From Thraustochytrium aureum (lineage: Eukaryota): DNA of 63,789 bases. This document shows, piece after piece, positions 35,650 through 49,200 of this stretch. The position numbers and the translations under genes are program-made. The stretch spans positions 114,412 to 178,200 of the forward strand of contig BLSG01000091.1 in NCBI GenBank assembly GCA_012862495.1. Reading direction: 5' to 3'. The notes under the pieces were generated by a model. That model was given only the letters and a program-made list of their open reading frames with translations, did not search any database and had not been told where the DNA came from. Position 1 is the stretch's first letter; the number at the start of each line of letters is the position of its first letter.

Positions 35650-36483
35650 GTCGTCTAGCCGGCGCCCTCGCGTCCGCTACTCGAGCCGAGGCCTGGTCTG
35701 CCGGGGGCCTGCACGCACGGTGAGCGAGTCTGAACCGCTCTCGCAGCGGCTCGCCTCGGGACGAAAAGGCCGTAGACGTTCAGGAACAAGGAGAGCCGCA
35801 CGCGACCTTGCACGAGGATCTCGCCGCGACCGCCGGCCAGGAGTGCTCTGTTGTTGATCGGGGTCTGCTCGACTGCAACATTGATGGCGTATCTTGGTCT
35901 TGGGTCTTGGGTTGCCGGGGTCAAGATATTCATTTGTATTGGAGATCAAGGCTCAGGCGAAACTCAAGACTGGTCACCTCATGCAAGAAGACAGCGCGCG
36001 CGGCGAACACTCTCGATCATCATCGTTGCTTTCTTGGGCGAACGCGAGTACCTACTACCCGTTTGCTCAACGGTGCGAGAGAGCTTGTCAAAGCCCACGT
36101 CGTCAAGCAATTGTCGTCAAGCGTCTGTTCATTTACCAAGAGGCAGGCAGCGCGACAAGGCGCCATGCTCGCTTGCATTCCCTTGTCCAGCTACTGAGTG
36201 AGACCGCTGTCTTGCGATCAGGGCGTCTTTTCATTTGTTTGCTATTGTTGATCGAGGACACTGCACTTCACCAAGAAGCCAAAGCAGCCTTCGGGCGCGT
36301 TTGTCGGCCACACACGTGTGAGCTGTTGGCCTAGAGTGGCTGTTTGCAAAGCTCCTCGCTCAAGTTTCGACCTGTTGATTGAGTTTCACCGAAAGCAGTC
36401 GTGCTATCTGTATCTTATACACGATGCTCAGCTGCGCTACGACACCGTTTACGACTCGTGGAGAGAACGGGGTGCATGATGCT

Positions 36484-37044
36484 TCAGACGGCTTTTGCCA
36501 CAGGGACCTCGATGGAGGCATCGGCGACAATCTGCACAGTTGGAGCAGGGATGATCACAATCCTCGTCTGAATTTTGGACTTTAGAGTCATGCTCGCATA
36601 CGCGCTGAGACCAAACAGAATTGTCATGGCCACCCCCGTAAAAAGAGAGACCACAAGGTAGCCCGTTCCACCAATCGCGCTGAACATCTCCCCAAAGCCT
36701 GACGAAGACGCAGACAGGACCATGACCAACGAAACAAGTGCCAGTGCCGAGCAGCACGAGCACAGCGAGGAGATCAAGCAGTTGGTGACCAAGAGCGCGA
36801 CATTCCTGTCCCGCGCGCCGAAGTAGCCGCACATAGGGATCGTGAGCGAAATGGCAAGTGAGATTAGCCGTGGCATGACGAGTGTGGTTTCAAACCCCCA
36901 ACTTGTTATAATGATGATGATTTCGATCCCTGACTTGACAACCACGATGGAAGCCACGGCGATCGAGGTCTTCATCAGCAAGGACGAGGCTTTGGCGCTA
37001 GCGGCATCTTGATATTCAAACGCAAACGCAACAGAGTTCGCCAT
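36484..37044 (-). CDS. Small multi-pass membrane protein (~4 TM), unknown function
   Basis: 186 aa from MANSVAF; four hydrophobic segments; IPMCGYFGARDRN and CLISSLCSCC. Confidence 0.6.
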   Translation of the reverse strand: MANSVAFAFEYQDAASAKASSLLMKTSIAVASIVVVKSGIEIIIIITSWGFETTLVMPRLISLAISLTIPMCGYFGARDRNVALLVTNCLISSLCSCCSALALVSLVMVLSASSSGFGEMFSAIGGTGYLVVSLFTGVAMTILFGLSAYASMTLKSKIQTRIVIIPAPTVQIVADASIEVPVAKAV

Positions 37045-38090
37045 TCCCTCGTCCTTCTCCCGTGTCGCCCTTTCAAACGTGCCTTGACGTCCTCCGTTCG
37101 CGCCGTTCTGCGTTCGTCGCGTGCTTGGTGCTGCCACGGATGCACGCGCGTTGCTTTTCGGTGTTCCGGCCCGGTTGCGCGACTGCTCAGCTCGTGGCTG
37201 CTTTTCGCCTCGCCTGTGATCCTGGACATCAGCGGAGAGGTCAACACAACAAAACGACGAAGGCTCTTCAACGGACATCCCAACGGACACTCTGACAGAA
37301 AATGAGTCGTGGGGTACTCGTATCGATGATGCTCGGGCATGATGCCGCGCATGCACCGCTGCAGCAAGCAGCATTGATGGTGGGTTTCGTGAGCCGAGTG
37401 CCTTTGCTGCCCGGTCTGGGACCTGCCTTCGGCTGGGCGCGCGGCAGAGCAACCGTTCTTCGCTTCAGGAGTTGTTTTCTCTGTGCCTGTTTTTTAATGA
37501 CGATGAAGCAGAGCACAAGAGCAGGCCTTGCTCCACAGCGCAGCACAAATCAGCACGCCCAAGACTCAACCATGCCCGAAGCTATTTCATCGCGCAGGAC
37601 TGAAAAGGAAGGAGGAGACCTTCTCCAGCACTTTGGCGCACTGTCCGTGCCAACTCCGAGCTGCTTCAACGCAGGCGTTCGCTGGTGAAGGGCGTCCAGC
37701 GGGCCCACTCGTGGGCTCGCTGCCAACCATCGCGCAATCCATCCGCGAGCCACGTCGGCGACCGTTCACCCTGAGCGCCTCTCCCGTCCCTCGTCACTTG
37801 CCCCCCCAACCCTGCGCTCATCTTCCCAAGTCCCCAGTCACAGGCCCCCTAATGTGACGAGCAGCCACCAGCCAACGCGAGCACGATCTTGAAAACCCAC
37901 GTCACAAGAACACCACTGTGACGCATCGTGGAGCAGGAGCAGTTCGCTGTTCGTTTGTGGCTTCGGCGGGTTCAGAGAACAGTCTGGCAGAGCCCAGCAG
38001 ACCGCGAACGAAGGAAGGAAAGAAAGGAGGCGAGGAGCGCGCGGGGACTGTCGAGCAGCAGACGGCGCCTTTGCTCGGCTGCGGCCGTCG

Positions 38091-40135
38091 ATGCGAAGGA
38101 CCTTGGGCTCGGCCTGGAAAAGCGCTCGCGCTGCAGGACGCGGCGCAGCCATCGGTGGGTTTCGGCCCGCATTCGGATCACTCGCGCCTTGCGTCAGGGC
38201 GGCGAGGCTTGCCGCCGGGCGAGGGGCCGCGAAAGAGCTGCCGCGGATCGCGTGGAACGGAAGCAGGACACTTGGGAGCGTCGCCAGGATGGCGGAGACG
38301 GCGACGGAAGAGGTGAGGAGGCTCGACTATGCGCCTCCGGCGTTTAAGGCCACGGACGTTGACCTTACGTTTGAGCTGGGCGAGTCCACCACGGTCAAGT
38401 CCAAGATCAAGTACGTCAGGCAGCGCGAGGGCGAAGACATGGTGCTGAACGGGGAGACCAAGCCGAGCAACATGAAGCTCGTGAGCGTGGCCGTCAACGG
38501 CAAGGCGGTCGCGCCGGACGCGTACACGTTGACGGACATCTCGCTGACGCTACCGGCCAGCTCGCTGGAAGCGGAGAACACGGTCGAGATCGAGGTCACC
38601 CTCGAGCCCGCGGCCAACACGTCGCTGTCGGGGCTGTACAAGTCGGGCGGGATCTTTTGCACGCAGTGCGAGGCGGAGGGGTTTCGCAACATCACGTACG
38701 CCGTCGACCGGCCGGACAACATGTCCAAGTACCGGACCAAGGTGGTGGGTGACAAGGCCCAGTTCCCCTACCTGCTCTCGAACGGAAACGACGTGGAGCG
38801 CGGCGAGCTCGAAGGCGGAAAGCACTTTGTCGTCTGGGAGGACCCGTGGCCCAAGCCCTCCTACTTGTTCGCTCTCGTCGCCGGCGACTTTGCCGTCCTC
38901 CAGGACACGATTGAGACTTGCTCAGGCAAGAACGTGCGCCTCTCCGTGTTTGTCGAGAAGGGCAACGAGAACAAAACCGAGCACGCGATGAACTCGCTCA
39001 AGAAAGCCATCAAGTGGGACGAGGAGCGCTTCGACCGCGAGTACGACCTGGACCAGTTCAACATCGTGGCCGTCTCGCACTTCAACATGGGCGCCATGGA
39101 GAACAAGTCGCTCAACGTGTTCAACGATCGCTGTGTGCTCGCCAGCAGGGAGACCGCGACCGACGCAGACTTTACGCGGATCGAGGCCATCATCGGGCAC
39201 GAGTACTTTCACAACTGGTCGGGCAACCGTGTGACGTGCCAGGACTGGTTCCAACTCACCCTGAAGGAGGGTCTCACTGTGTTTCGCGACCAAGAATTCA
39301 CCAGCGACCTCAACTCGCGCGTGGCCAAGCGCATCGAGGACGTGCGGCTGTTGCGCGATGCCCAGTTCCCGGAGGACGCCAGTCCGATCAGCCACCCAAT
39401 CCGGCCTGACTCGTACATTTCCATCGACAACTTTTACACGGCCACCGTTTACGAGAAGGGCGCCGAGGTGATCCGCATGATCTACACGATCTTGGGCCGC
39501 GAGGGGTTCAAGGCGGGGCTCAACCTCTACTTTGAGCGCCACGACGGCCAAGCGGTCACCTGCGACCACTTTGTCAAGGCGATGGAGGACGCCAATCAAG
39601 TTGACCTCTCGCACTTCCGCGAGACCTGGTACGCGCAGGCAGGCACGCCCGTGCTCGAGGTCTCGTCGGCCTACGACGCAGCGGCGCAGACCTTCTCTTT
39701 GCACGTCGAGCAGAGTTGCCCGCCGACGCCAGGCCAGCCCAACAAGCGCCCCTTTGACATCCCCTTCGCCGTGGGGCCTCATCGGGTCCGAGTCGTGCCA
39801 GGGGCTGCCCGTGCGCCTCAAGGGCGAGGGCGCCGCCGCGGCGGACGCCCAGCTCACCAAGGTGCTCCGCGTCACGGGAAGCCGAGCAAACCTTTGTCTT
39901 CGAGGGCGTCGCCGAGAAGCCGGTCCCTTCCCTGCTCCGCGGGTTTTCGGCCCCGGTCAAGCTCCACTGCGACCTCACGCGTGCCGATCTCACCTTCCTC
40001 GCTGCCAACGACACGGACGAGTTTGTTCGCTACGACAGCTTGCAGGAGCTCGCCAAGCAGGTCTTGCAAGACTTGGCCGCAGGCAAAGGGCAGGCCGACC
40101 TCGCGCTCCTCATCAAGAGCCTTGAGAGCACCTTG
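38091..40135 (+). CDS. pepN: M1 aminopeptidase N (PepN type), possible N-terminal targeting peptide, 3' incomplete
   Basis: CTQCEAEGFR, WEDPWPKPSYLFALVAG, GAMENKSLN, HEYFHNWSGNRVTC...LKEGLTVFRDQEF, YEKGAEV. Extra G near 39775 and near 39877; after correction it reads EKPVPSLLRGFSAPVK. First in-frame ATG is at 38289. Confidence 0.95.
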
Positions 40136-40608
40136 NNNNNNNNNNNNNNNNNNNNNNNNNNNNNNNNNNNNNNNNNNNNNNNNNNNNNNNNNNNNNNNNN
40201 NNNNNNNNNNNNNNNNNNNNNNNNNNNNNNNNNNNNNNNNNNNNNNNNNNNNNNNNNNNNNNNNNNNNNNNNNNNNNNNNNNNNNNNNNNNNNNNNNNNN
40301 NNNNNNNNNNNNNNNNNNNNNNNNNNNNNNNNNNNNNNNNNNNNNNNNNNNNNNNNNNNNNNNNNNNNNNNNNNNNNNNNNNNNNNNNNNNNNNNNNNNN
40401 NNNNNNNNNNNNNNNNNNNNNNNNNNNNNNNNNNNNNNNNNNNNNNNNNNNNNNNNCTGTCGTGCGGCGAGCTCAGGTCCCACGTCGCTGAATGAGCACA
40501 GTTGAGCCGCAAGCTGGATCTCGCGCCGCGTCGATGGACTGCCGCTTGCAGTCCACTGCGGCGGTCGCGACCTCGTGCGTGCGCTGCAGTCTGGTGGGGT
40601 GGCTTCGT

Positions 40609-43408
40609 CTAGCAGCTGAGTTGCTCCATCACCTTGCGCACGACCGACTCGGTCGGCAAGTCGAGGCGGTATTGGAACTCTGGTCGCTCGCGGAGCTTGT
40701 CGATGACCCACGACGAGTGCTGGTGTAAGCCCCCCTCGTTTTGGAGAATTTCCGCAATCGCGACGCGAAACGGGCCTGCGCTGGACGCCCCGAACTTTGC
40801 CCAGAGCGGCGGCCGCCGCCCAAAGCCGCGCTTCAAAAGCTTTGTAGACGCGTCGTACGCCTCTGCAAGGGCGTACTCGGGCTGCTCGCCACTGCCGTTT
40901 CGAACAACCAGCGCGCCTCCCGGGTCGTTGACCAGGTCCTTGGCAAAGCGCACCGCAAACGCCACAAGGTCCTTACGCTCGGTCTCCAATACCTGTACCT
41001 CGGTCTCGTCGAGGTCGTCGTCGTCCTCGTCGTCGTCCTCCTCCTCGGCATTTTCTTCACCCGCGTCAGGCGCCTCGCCTGCAGCGATCATAGCAAGCAA
41101 GCCTTGCGCACTATCAGTTGCTCTGTCTTCCGCAACTCGGACGGGCTCGCCCGAGCGTCGCTGGCGACGATGTGGTCGACGGCGGTCTGCTTCCTTGCTG
41201 CGCTCGGCGGCCACGCGGCGTCGAACGTGCTGCAGCTCTTGTAGCTCCGTGTAGCGCACCACCCGCCCACCAAAGGCAGACGGCCACTCGTCCTCGTCCC
41301 CAGCCCGTGCCTCTCCGCCGCTCCCCGCCGTCTCCGTCGTCCGCTTCGTCACGAAAATCACCTTGGTCGCCTTGCTCATCGCCGTCCGCGCCGAGATCTT
41401 CTACGTCGCCAGAGACCACGTTCGCTGAGCCAGATCGCGCGTCGATGGCGAACGCAACTGGAGCGCCAATGCCTGAGAACTGCCACGCCTTTATCGTAAC
41501 CTTGCCGGGCCACGCGTAGGGGTCCTTGTCATCGAGGAGAGCAGTCTGGTTGTCCTCGTCAGGCTGCAGGTGGAACACGATCTGGTTTTGCCGCGCCACT
41601 TTGCGCAGGCTATCTAGTAGCGCGTCCTTGCTGCCCGCGTCGTGGCGCGGCCTCAACGCGCGTTTGAGCTCGACGAGCTGCACAAAGGAGTTGGGCATGC
41701 CCGAGCGCGAAGCCAAGGCATTAAATACCTCATTCGCGGACGGGGCACTCTTGCCGTGGCCGACGTTGCGGTACACGTGCTGCATGCCCATCGCGAAGTA
41801 GGCGTCGAGGAGCCCTTTGCCATCGTACGCCTCGGTGTGGATGTAGCGCTCGACGTGGATGCGCGTCGCCAGGCCGACGTACGGGAGGGCGAGAATAAGG
41901 TGGTTGCTCTGGTAGCAGCTGGCTTTGTCTGACAGCAACGTGACGCGCTCCAGCTCTGAGAATTCGTCCGAGTCGCCAAGTTGGTCCAAAGCGAGCTCCA
42001 GCAGCGCGGCAACCGCGCGGCCGTCCTGCTTGTTTGTACCGCGTATGATCTGGTCACAGTACACATGCTCGCGGTCGACTTCGTTCTTGGCCACGTCGTA
42101 GGTGTAGAAAACGACGAGGAAGCCGTGCCACGAGATGCCCAAGTCCTCGATGCCCGTCTGGCGGTAGTCCTGGGAGAAGGCCTTGTCGTTGTAGTCTATG
42201 ATGACCACTGCCTCGCGCGGCTTTACCCACTTGCCCTGCTTGCACTCCCGCTCCATCCGCGCATGTAGATCGGCAACGGCTTTGCGCTGGTTGGCGATTC
42301 GTGCACAGTGCCCGCGCCAGGTGTTCGTGACGTCCTCGCAGCGATTGATCGCGACAATGGCGTGGGCGCTGTCGAGCTCGCCGTGCCGGATACCGCCGTC
42401 GGTTACAGATCGTCGCAGCTCGTCGAAGAAGAATGGCACGAACCTACACGCGTTGCAGTCCATTGAAGGCTTGTCCGGGAGGTTGCCGCCCCCGCGCTGC
42501 AACGCGTACTCGAGCCCGTGCGTGCATACCTTGCTCTCTAGATCCTCCATTGCAACGTGCTTCAAGAACTGGCGCTTGAGGAAGTTGGATGCGACAGATG
42601 CGTGCAAGTTCAGCTTGCGGTGGTCCGCTTGGGGCGTATACAGGCTAATGATACGCTGCACCGCCGCGAGGTTGTCGTAGACAAGCGAGCCGAGAAGGTC
42701 GCCCGCCACGGTGCGCGCCCCCTTCTTTCCGTCTGTGACGAGCCCGAGCACCTCAAAGACCGTACAACGCGGCAAGTGGGCGGCATCAGCGCTGTGCTTG
42801 CCGCGAAACCATTCCCNNNNNNNNNNNNNNNNNNNNNNNNNNNNNNNNNNNNNNNNNNNNNNNNNNNNNNNNNNNNNNNNNNNNNNNNNNNNNNNNNNNN
42901 NNNNNNNNNNNNNNNNNNNNNNNNNNNNNNNNNNNNNNNNNNNNTCGATTGTGGTTGTGCCGACCATATTGAGTGAAACGCCGAGTTGGTCTCCAACGCA
43001 CATGATTCGTCGCTTCTCCAGGAGCGACGACACGAGCACCGCACCCAGCACACGCCGATCAGTCGACGCCTTCTTGCTTGCCACGAACATCTTGGCGACG
43101 GCAGTCGCAACCAGCGCGGCAGCATCGACTTGCCCCGTGGCCGTCGCCTCCTGCGCGAGCCGCACGGGGTCCCCGGGGCAGACTCCGTGCGCAACAATCT
43201 CGCAGATCTTGCGCACGCAACCAACCATAATCTCCCACGCCTCGTGCCCCATCTTCTCCTTCGCGCCTTCCTGGGTGCGCAACGACTTGGACGGGAAGCT
43301 CCGTCGCATGCTCTCGGCGCTCATGAAGCGAAGCAGGCCGAGGAGCGAGCCGTCCCACGCCACTTGCGCTCTTGCAACCTTTGCATTCTCTGCTTCCGAC
43401 GAAGGCAT
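40609..43408 (-). mobile_element. Sola3-like DDD (RNase H fold) transposase gene, one frameshift near 41380, no TIRs seen
   Basis: VIIDY..K....YR....GISWHG, KQDGRAV, LLSDKASCYQ, HTEAYDGKGLLDAYFA, and C-terminal GFGRRP...RLDLPTESVVRKVMEQL resemble the Sola3 transposase consensus as I recall it (DxxMKFxPxxYRExQxxxFGKRGISWH, SDNAxCY, QxGKxxxD). Confidence 0.7.
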
Positions 43409-44086
43409 GCAAGGTCTTCATGATCGTCCACCTCGACCATCGACGCTGCCGCATCCACCGCAGCGCGAGGCGGCGCCCTCCGCTTGGCCGCCGACGACGA
43501 GGTCGACTCGGCAGGAGCCGAGGCTTTGGAAGGAGGTCGCCCACGCTTGCGCTGCGAGTCGGGCGGACGGCATGTTGGGCAGTGGACGCGGCAACTGCCC
43601 ACGTGAAGCTCGCAGCGGCCCTTCTTCAGAGCGCACTTGCACGCCATCGCGCCCGCACGCCTCGCCGTATGCAGGTCTGCCAGGGTCGACTCCAACCTCA
43701 AAGCAAGAAAACATACTGGAATACATGGCGAAAATGTCCCTGGCCAAAGCCACAACTGCCAGACACCAAACGCGAACGGACGCGGAGTGCGCTGCGAGAC
43801 ACGGATACTCGGGCGCGCGCGTTCGCCACGCTGCCGGCGTGCTGACCTGCTGGCCTGCTGGCCGGCTGGATCGCGTGGCTGCGGCCAGTTGGATTGTCGG
43901 CGGTTGGCGAGCCAACTGCTGGCTTGGATTGTCGCGGTCCAGGAGCTCGGCTCGGCGCCACCGACCTCTCGCTCGCGCACGCCTCCGCGCACGCCTGGAC
44001 GCTGTGGTGCCGAGTCGTTGGCTGTGCTGCGAGAGCCTCTAGGGAAGGCAGGGCGGCGGTCGTGGCGCGAGGCTTTGCTGGGCGGG

Positions 44087-46157
44087 ATGAAGCAGGCTGG
44101 GTCGACGACGCGCAAGCGGACGAGGAGCTCCGAGGAGAATGAAGCAGATGCAAGCGCAAGGAGCGCGCTGCAAGCCAAGCGGCGCAGAAAGGCTGTCGCG
44201 CGGAGAAGCGAGGTGGACCTGCTCAAGGGGCATGCTGTACTGCGGTCAGGCAGGACGCCAAGGCGGATCAAGACTGGCCGTGCGGAAGCCTCGCCCCAGC
44301 GGATGCAGCCGGATTCACACGCTTCTCAAATCGTCGAGCGCGAGGACGAAGAGATGGATGATCTCGTACGCACAGGGACCATTGCGTCCGCCACGTCGTC
44401 CTCGTCGTCGACCTCGGCACAAACCTTGGTTGACGGCGACGAGGTTGCGGGCGAGGATGGAGATTCAGAGGAAGCCGGCGAAGATCACAGCGCACCGGAC
44501 GAGGACCGCGAGCATGCGCCAAATGCACTGCCGCCTTCCGAGTCACTTCCTCTGCCCGCTCCTCCCGCGCTGACAGTGAATCAGAGTGCAGCAGCGCCAG
44601 CGCGCTCAGCCTCCGTCCCGCATAGGGCGTCGCAGATGCGAGCGGCGCCGTCTCACGAGCTGCACACAGTTCGCTCGATTGAGAGTGTCGCCGCACCAGC
44701 GCTGCGCCAAACCGCGAATCCAGTCCTTATCGCCGAGCCAGCATACAGAACCCTCGGCGGGGCGGCTGGCCCCACGAGACGCCGGCGCGGCGAGGAGGGC
44801 ACGAGCCCCAACGGCCAGGGCGCGGTTCTTCTCACGCAGAGCAACGTCGGCGCCATCGCGGCCCTGCTTTTGGGGGTCTGTGCCGCTGCTCTTCTTCTCC
44901 TTGGGCTCGGCCGGCGAGCAGGCCTGCCGTGGCTGACTGCGGCGCTTTCACGTATCTCGATGCAGAGCGGTCCGACCGTTTCATGCAGCAGACGTCCTGG
45001 TTTTGAGTTTGTTTGCGCGTCCAATTTGCTCGCCGTTGAGACATCCATACGCGCTGCAGCACGCCAAGAGGTAACTGCTGCCCTGGACGCCGCGGCCAAG
45101 ACAAGGCTGGAAGGCCTTGCCGGCAGTCTCGCAGAGATTGAACGGGTGCTCGCGCAGCGGCAGCCGGACCTGGAGGCCTGGAAGGAGCTGCAAGCCTCGG
45201 CGGACGCGCTGGAAGGCGCGCACCCGTCTATCCAAGTTCGTAAGCAGACGTCTGGAGGCTTTGTTCGCGGCCCAAGATGCGGCCGTGGAAGCGCGCGGCG
45301 ATGCTGGCAGCCGCGACGACCGCAAGACTGAGGCGCCACTGGATGTAGTGGCGCGCCAGCAGGTCTCGCGAGTCGCGGAGAGCGTTGACGACGGGTTGAC
45401 TAGGGTTGGCGAGAAGACTCGCTCACTCAGTGAGGCGTTCCGTCAGGCCAGCGCGCTCTTTCAACGCGCCAAACCTCCGCGGTCCCTGGCCTCGCAGCGC
45501 GAAGGGGTCTCCCTTGAGGACCTCAGCGAACTCACGGCGTCCAGGTTCGCGCTCGCCCTTGCGGACGGCCTTGGTCGGCGAGACTTGGCGCAGCCTGTTG
45601 AGCGTCTTTTGGTCCTCCAAGGGCCGACCCTTACCTCCGCACCATATTCGCCACAGTGCGCGAGCCATGGCCCGGATGCCACGGTGGTCGCCCAGCAGCC
45701 AGCCGAGCCGCGAGGGCTCGCGGCAGTTTCGGCGCTCTCCGCGGTCTACCAAGCGGCGTGCCACTGGGCGCACGGTGTCAGGGGCGCAGAGTCCGTGTTT
45801 TCGGCAGCAACGGCAGGGCGTCCTTGCTGGGCCTTCGAAGGTTCCCAAGGTAATGTGAGCGCGGCTTTTTTCGACGCCCCGCAAGTACTGAGCGGGTTTG
45901 GCGTGGAGCATCGCGCCGCCCAGCTGGAGCCACTCCACAGCAATGCGACTGCGCCGTCTCTCGTCCGGCTTTATGGCCTCAACTTTACCGACGAAACGGA
46001 GCGACTTGTCGCGACACTGCGCTTTGACGCGCATGGCCCCGCGATCCAAACGGTGTTGAGCGAGGGCGAGCCAGCCCTGTATGGTGGCTTCAAGGCGTCT
46101 GTGCTGGGCAACCACGGTGCGTCGTACACGTGCCTCCAGCGCCTGCGGGTGTTTTGA
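44087..46157 (+). CDS. SUN (Sad1/UNC-84) domain nuclear-envelope protein, frameshift near 45240
   Basis: Basic NLS-like N-terminus, TM VGAIAALLLGVCAAALLLLGL, coiled coil, then PCWAFEGSQGNV, GVEH, VLGNHGASYTCLQRLRV. Confidence 0.85.
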
Positions 46158-46280
46158 AACCCACAATAAAAAACACACAAAGTTTGGTTTCCGCTTTGGC
46201 CAATCGGTTGCTGCTCGACGCTTTGGGGGTGCTTGAGTCCGCATGCCGGGCTTTTGGGGCGTCGGGTTTGGGCGGCGGCA

Positions 46281-49200
46281 TCATTTTGGACTGTACATGC
46301 CGAGGCGCGTTTCGTAGAGCACCCGCAGACGCCGCTGGTGGCGCTCGTGGATGGCGCGGTCGTGCACCTTGAGAACCTCGCTGAGGCCGACGATTACGAA
46401 CGGCCACACGGCCAAGACGGCCCAGTAGGCGGCCGGCTGCTGGAGCCAAACCAGGGTGCCCGACTTGGAGAGCGCGTTGCCGGACGCAGCAAGGTAGACC
46501 TCGCCGAACGCGAGCTGCAGCAGCAGCGCGAGCACAGCCGCCAGCCACCAGTACGGGTTGCTGGGCGGCTCGGCCGACACGCTAGCCGCGCGGGAGAAAA
46601 AGGTCACGCTGTGCACGAGGAGAAACCAAACGATTGCAAAAAGCGTGCTCGCTTGCGCCAACTCTGCTTGCACGGCAATCGAATCCAGCGAAGGCGCGCC
46701 AAACGGCGCCGTCGGCTGGCCCCACACCATCAAGGTCCAAACGCTGCCAGGGTCGGGAACTGCTCCGCGAGTGACCACATGAACAACACAACAACAACAA
46801 CGCAGGTCGGAAACAAGCGCACCGCGGCGTACCAGGTGTGGCGCTGTGCAAGACTCGCGAGGTACTTGACGTGATCGCGGTCGTTTTTCGACGGCAGCTC
46901 GCTCATGGGACTGCGCCGAAACCTGTTCGATATGAAGGGCAGGCCCAGAAGCGGAAGCTGCACCCACACCAACCAGGTGATGTGGACATTGTTGAGCAGG
47001 TCTGGCAGGGCAAAGCAGTAGCTGAAGACGCAAATGTTCGCCAAGAGGATTTGGCCCGCCAAGAGGAAGGTCACGGACTGGCGAAAGTTGGTCATCAGCA
47101 ACCGCGCCTCCCCGATCAGGTCCCCCACGATGGAGAGACTCGCGTCCGACTCCACCACGATCGATGCATGCAGCGAGCTGAACGTCGCGCTCAGCTCGAG
47201 CTGCACAATTGCCGGAACCGCGTCCCCAGCTCGCTCAGCTTTTTCCTGTGCCGATAGCCCGAGACCATGAGCCGCTGAATGGGCTGCGTCGTCGCCCTCC
47301 GTGAACGAGCCTTCCCGCGACAACTTGGAGGTCCCGGCAGCGTCGGCCTTTGCATCTTCCAGATCTGCGTGCAGCAGAATCTTTGGCTGCAGCGACACGG
47401 CCAAATCTGCCTGCCGAAAGCAGCGCGCGTTCTCCCAGCGCAGGCCAGTGCCCACCCCGGCGAGAATCTCGCCGTTCATTTGCAGGATCTCGATCATGTC
47501 GCAAGACGCCTCCGGGGTGCTGTCAGTGAACGTGGACACTCGGAGCGGGACGTCGTCGATCTCGTTGATGTGCGTTCGGATCTCCGCAATGCCATGCGGC
47601 AGTCGTGCCTTGGTGTCCCAGTGCGTCCTGGCCTCCTGTGTCTCGAAGGCCTCGGCGTTGACCCCGTCTCCATCGCCTGCCTCGTCTCCCTCCACTTTGA
47701 TATCGACATCATCGGGCTTGGCCTGCGCCGGCGCCCCATCCGGCGAAGCCTCCAGCGCCTTGAGAGAGATTGCCGTGTTCCAATCTGTCTCGAGTCCCAT
47801 TTTGTCCGCCAAAACGAGGCTGCGGCGCGGATTCCGGGGCGAAAAGTATACAAATCGAATTCCTGCAGCGTCCAAGTCCTCGATAAGACCCGGCAGGGAG
47901 GAGCGCGGCTGCTCGCGAGAGCCCACCATCCCCGGTGAATACCTGCGCGGGGATGAGCTCTTTGAGCAAATTTTCCCGCTCAGTCTCCAAGGCCTTGCTG
48001 CCGTTCGCAGGCCGGCTTGCCCGGCCTGGCGCGGACCGCGGTTCGCGTTCGCCTCCGCGAGCAGGAGCGCCGACAAGCTCGGCCCCGGGGACGGCCGACT
48101 GGCCATGCCGGTGAGCTGGCGACGCGCGGTTCTCGTTATCTGGGGCAGCGCCCAAGAATATGTGCGTCGCGTGCAGCGACTGCGGCGGGGTAGAGTCTTC
48201 TGTCCCCACAGAGGGGAAAAGGTGCGCAAATTGCGAGGGGATCGGCGCATACGCAAAAGCAACACCGTCAAACTCCTCCTGCGACCATCGCTGATCTATG
48301 GCAACGATTGATGCTCGGTCTTCGCTCCGAAGTGGCCAAATCGACTCTCCGCTCCAGTATTCGCCGCAGCAGGACGTCACGACGCCTGGGTCTCCGAACG
48401 CAAACATGTGCAGACTGCGACGACCGCCCTCGCGCAGCGAGGCCGTGCTTGCCGCCGATTCTCTCGCCCCATCGTTCGCTCCATGATACAGCCCAGAAAG
48501 TCCGCTCAAACTGGACCCGCTCCCCCGGTGGTGACGCCTGCGTTTGTGGCGCCGCTTTGCTGTCCGTGCTGCTAAGACCGCGCCTCGAGGCGACAATTCT
48601 TCTGCCTCAGGGGACATCCCGTTGTCACCAATTTCGTGGCCATGGCTTGGCATGGCTGCCGCCGCTGCGCTGCCGGCGGCGCTCGACACTGCACTTGACG
48701 CGGTCCCGAGCGATTCAGGCGCATGGCCTTCATGCCGGCTTCGACGGCTGCTCGGACCGGCAGAGCTCGACCGAGTGCCAGCTGTTCGCGACCCGAGCGA
48801 AGCTAGCGCGCGCGGCGGTTGAGGGCGGGACTCTGAGCTTTCAAGCTCGGTATCATCACGCCCACTTGCGGGAAAACTCCGGCCGGGCGCTCGTCTCCTT
48901 CAGCCGCGAGAGGGGACCGCTGGACGGATGCGGTACCTGCGCTGCGCTGCCTCCTGATCGGGGACTCGCGCGCTTTTGCAGCCTTTTTGTTCGCAGCTGC
49001 CTTGGCCTGGGCTTCGTCCTCAATGATGAGACATGTTAGCTGGGTCCTTCCCCTATGAAAGGCCCAGGAGATCGCTGAGCGCGGCATCGGCAGCGGCTTG
49101 GGCGGGTCGTCCAGAACGCGCACTACGTGAAGAGCCCGGAAGTTGGCAGCGTCGGAGCGGCGAAACCCGACCGCTTGGCTCAAGCGGGCGAGGTGAAGTG

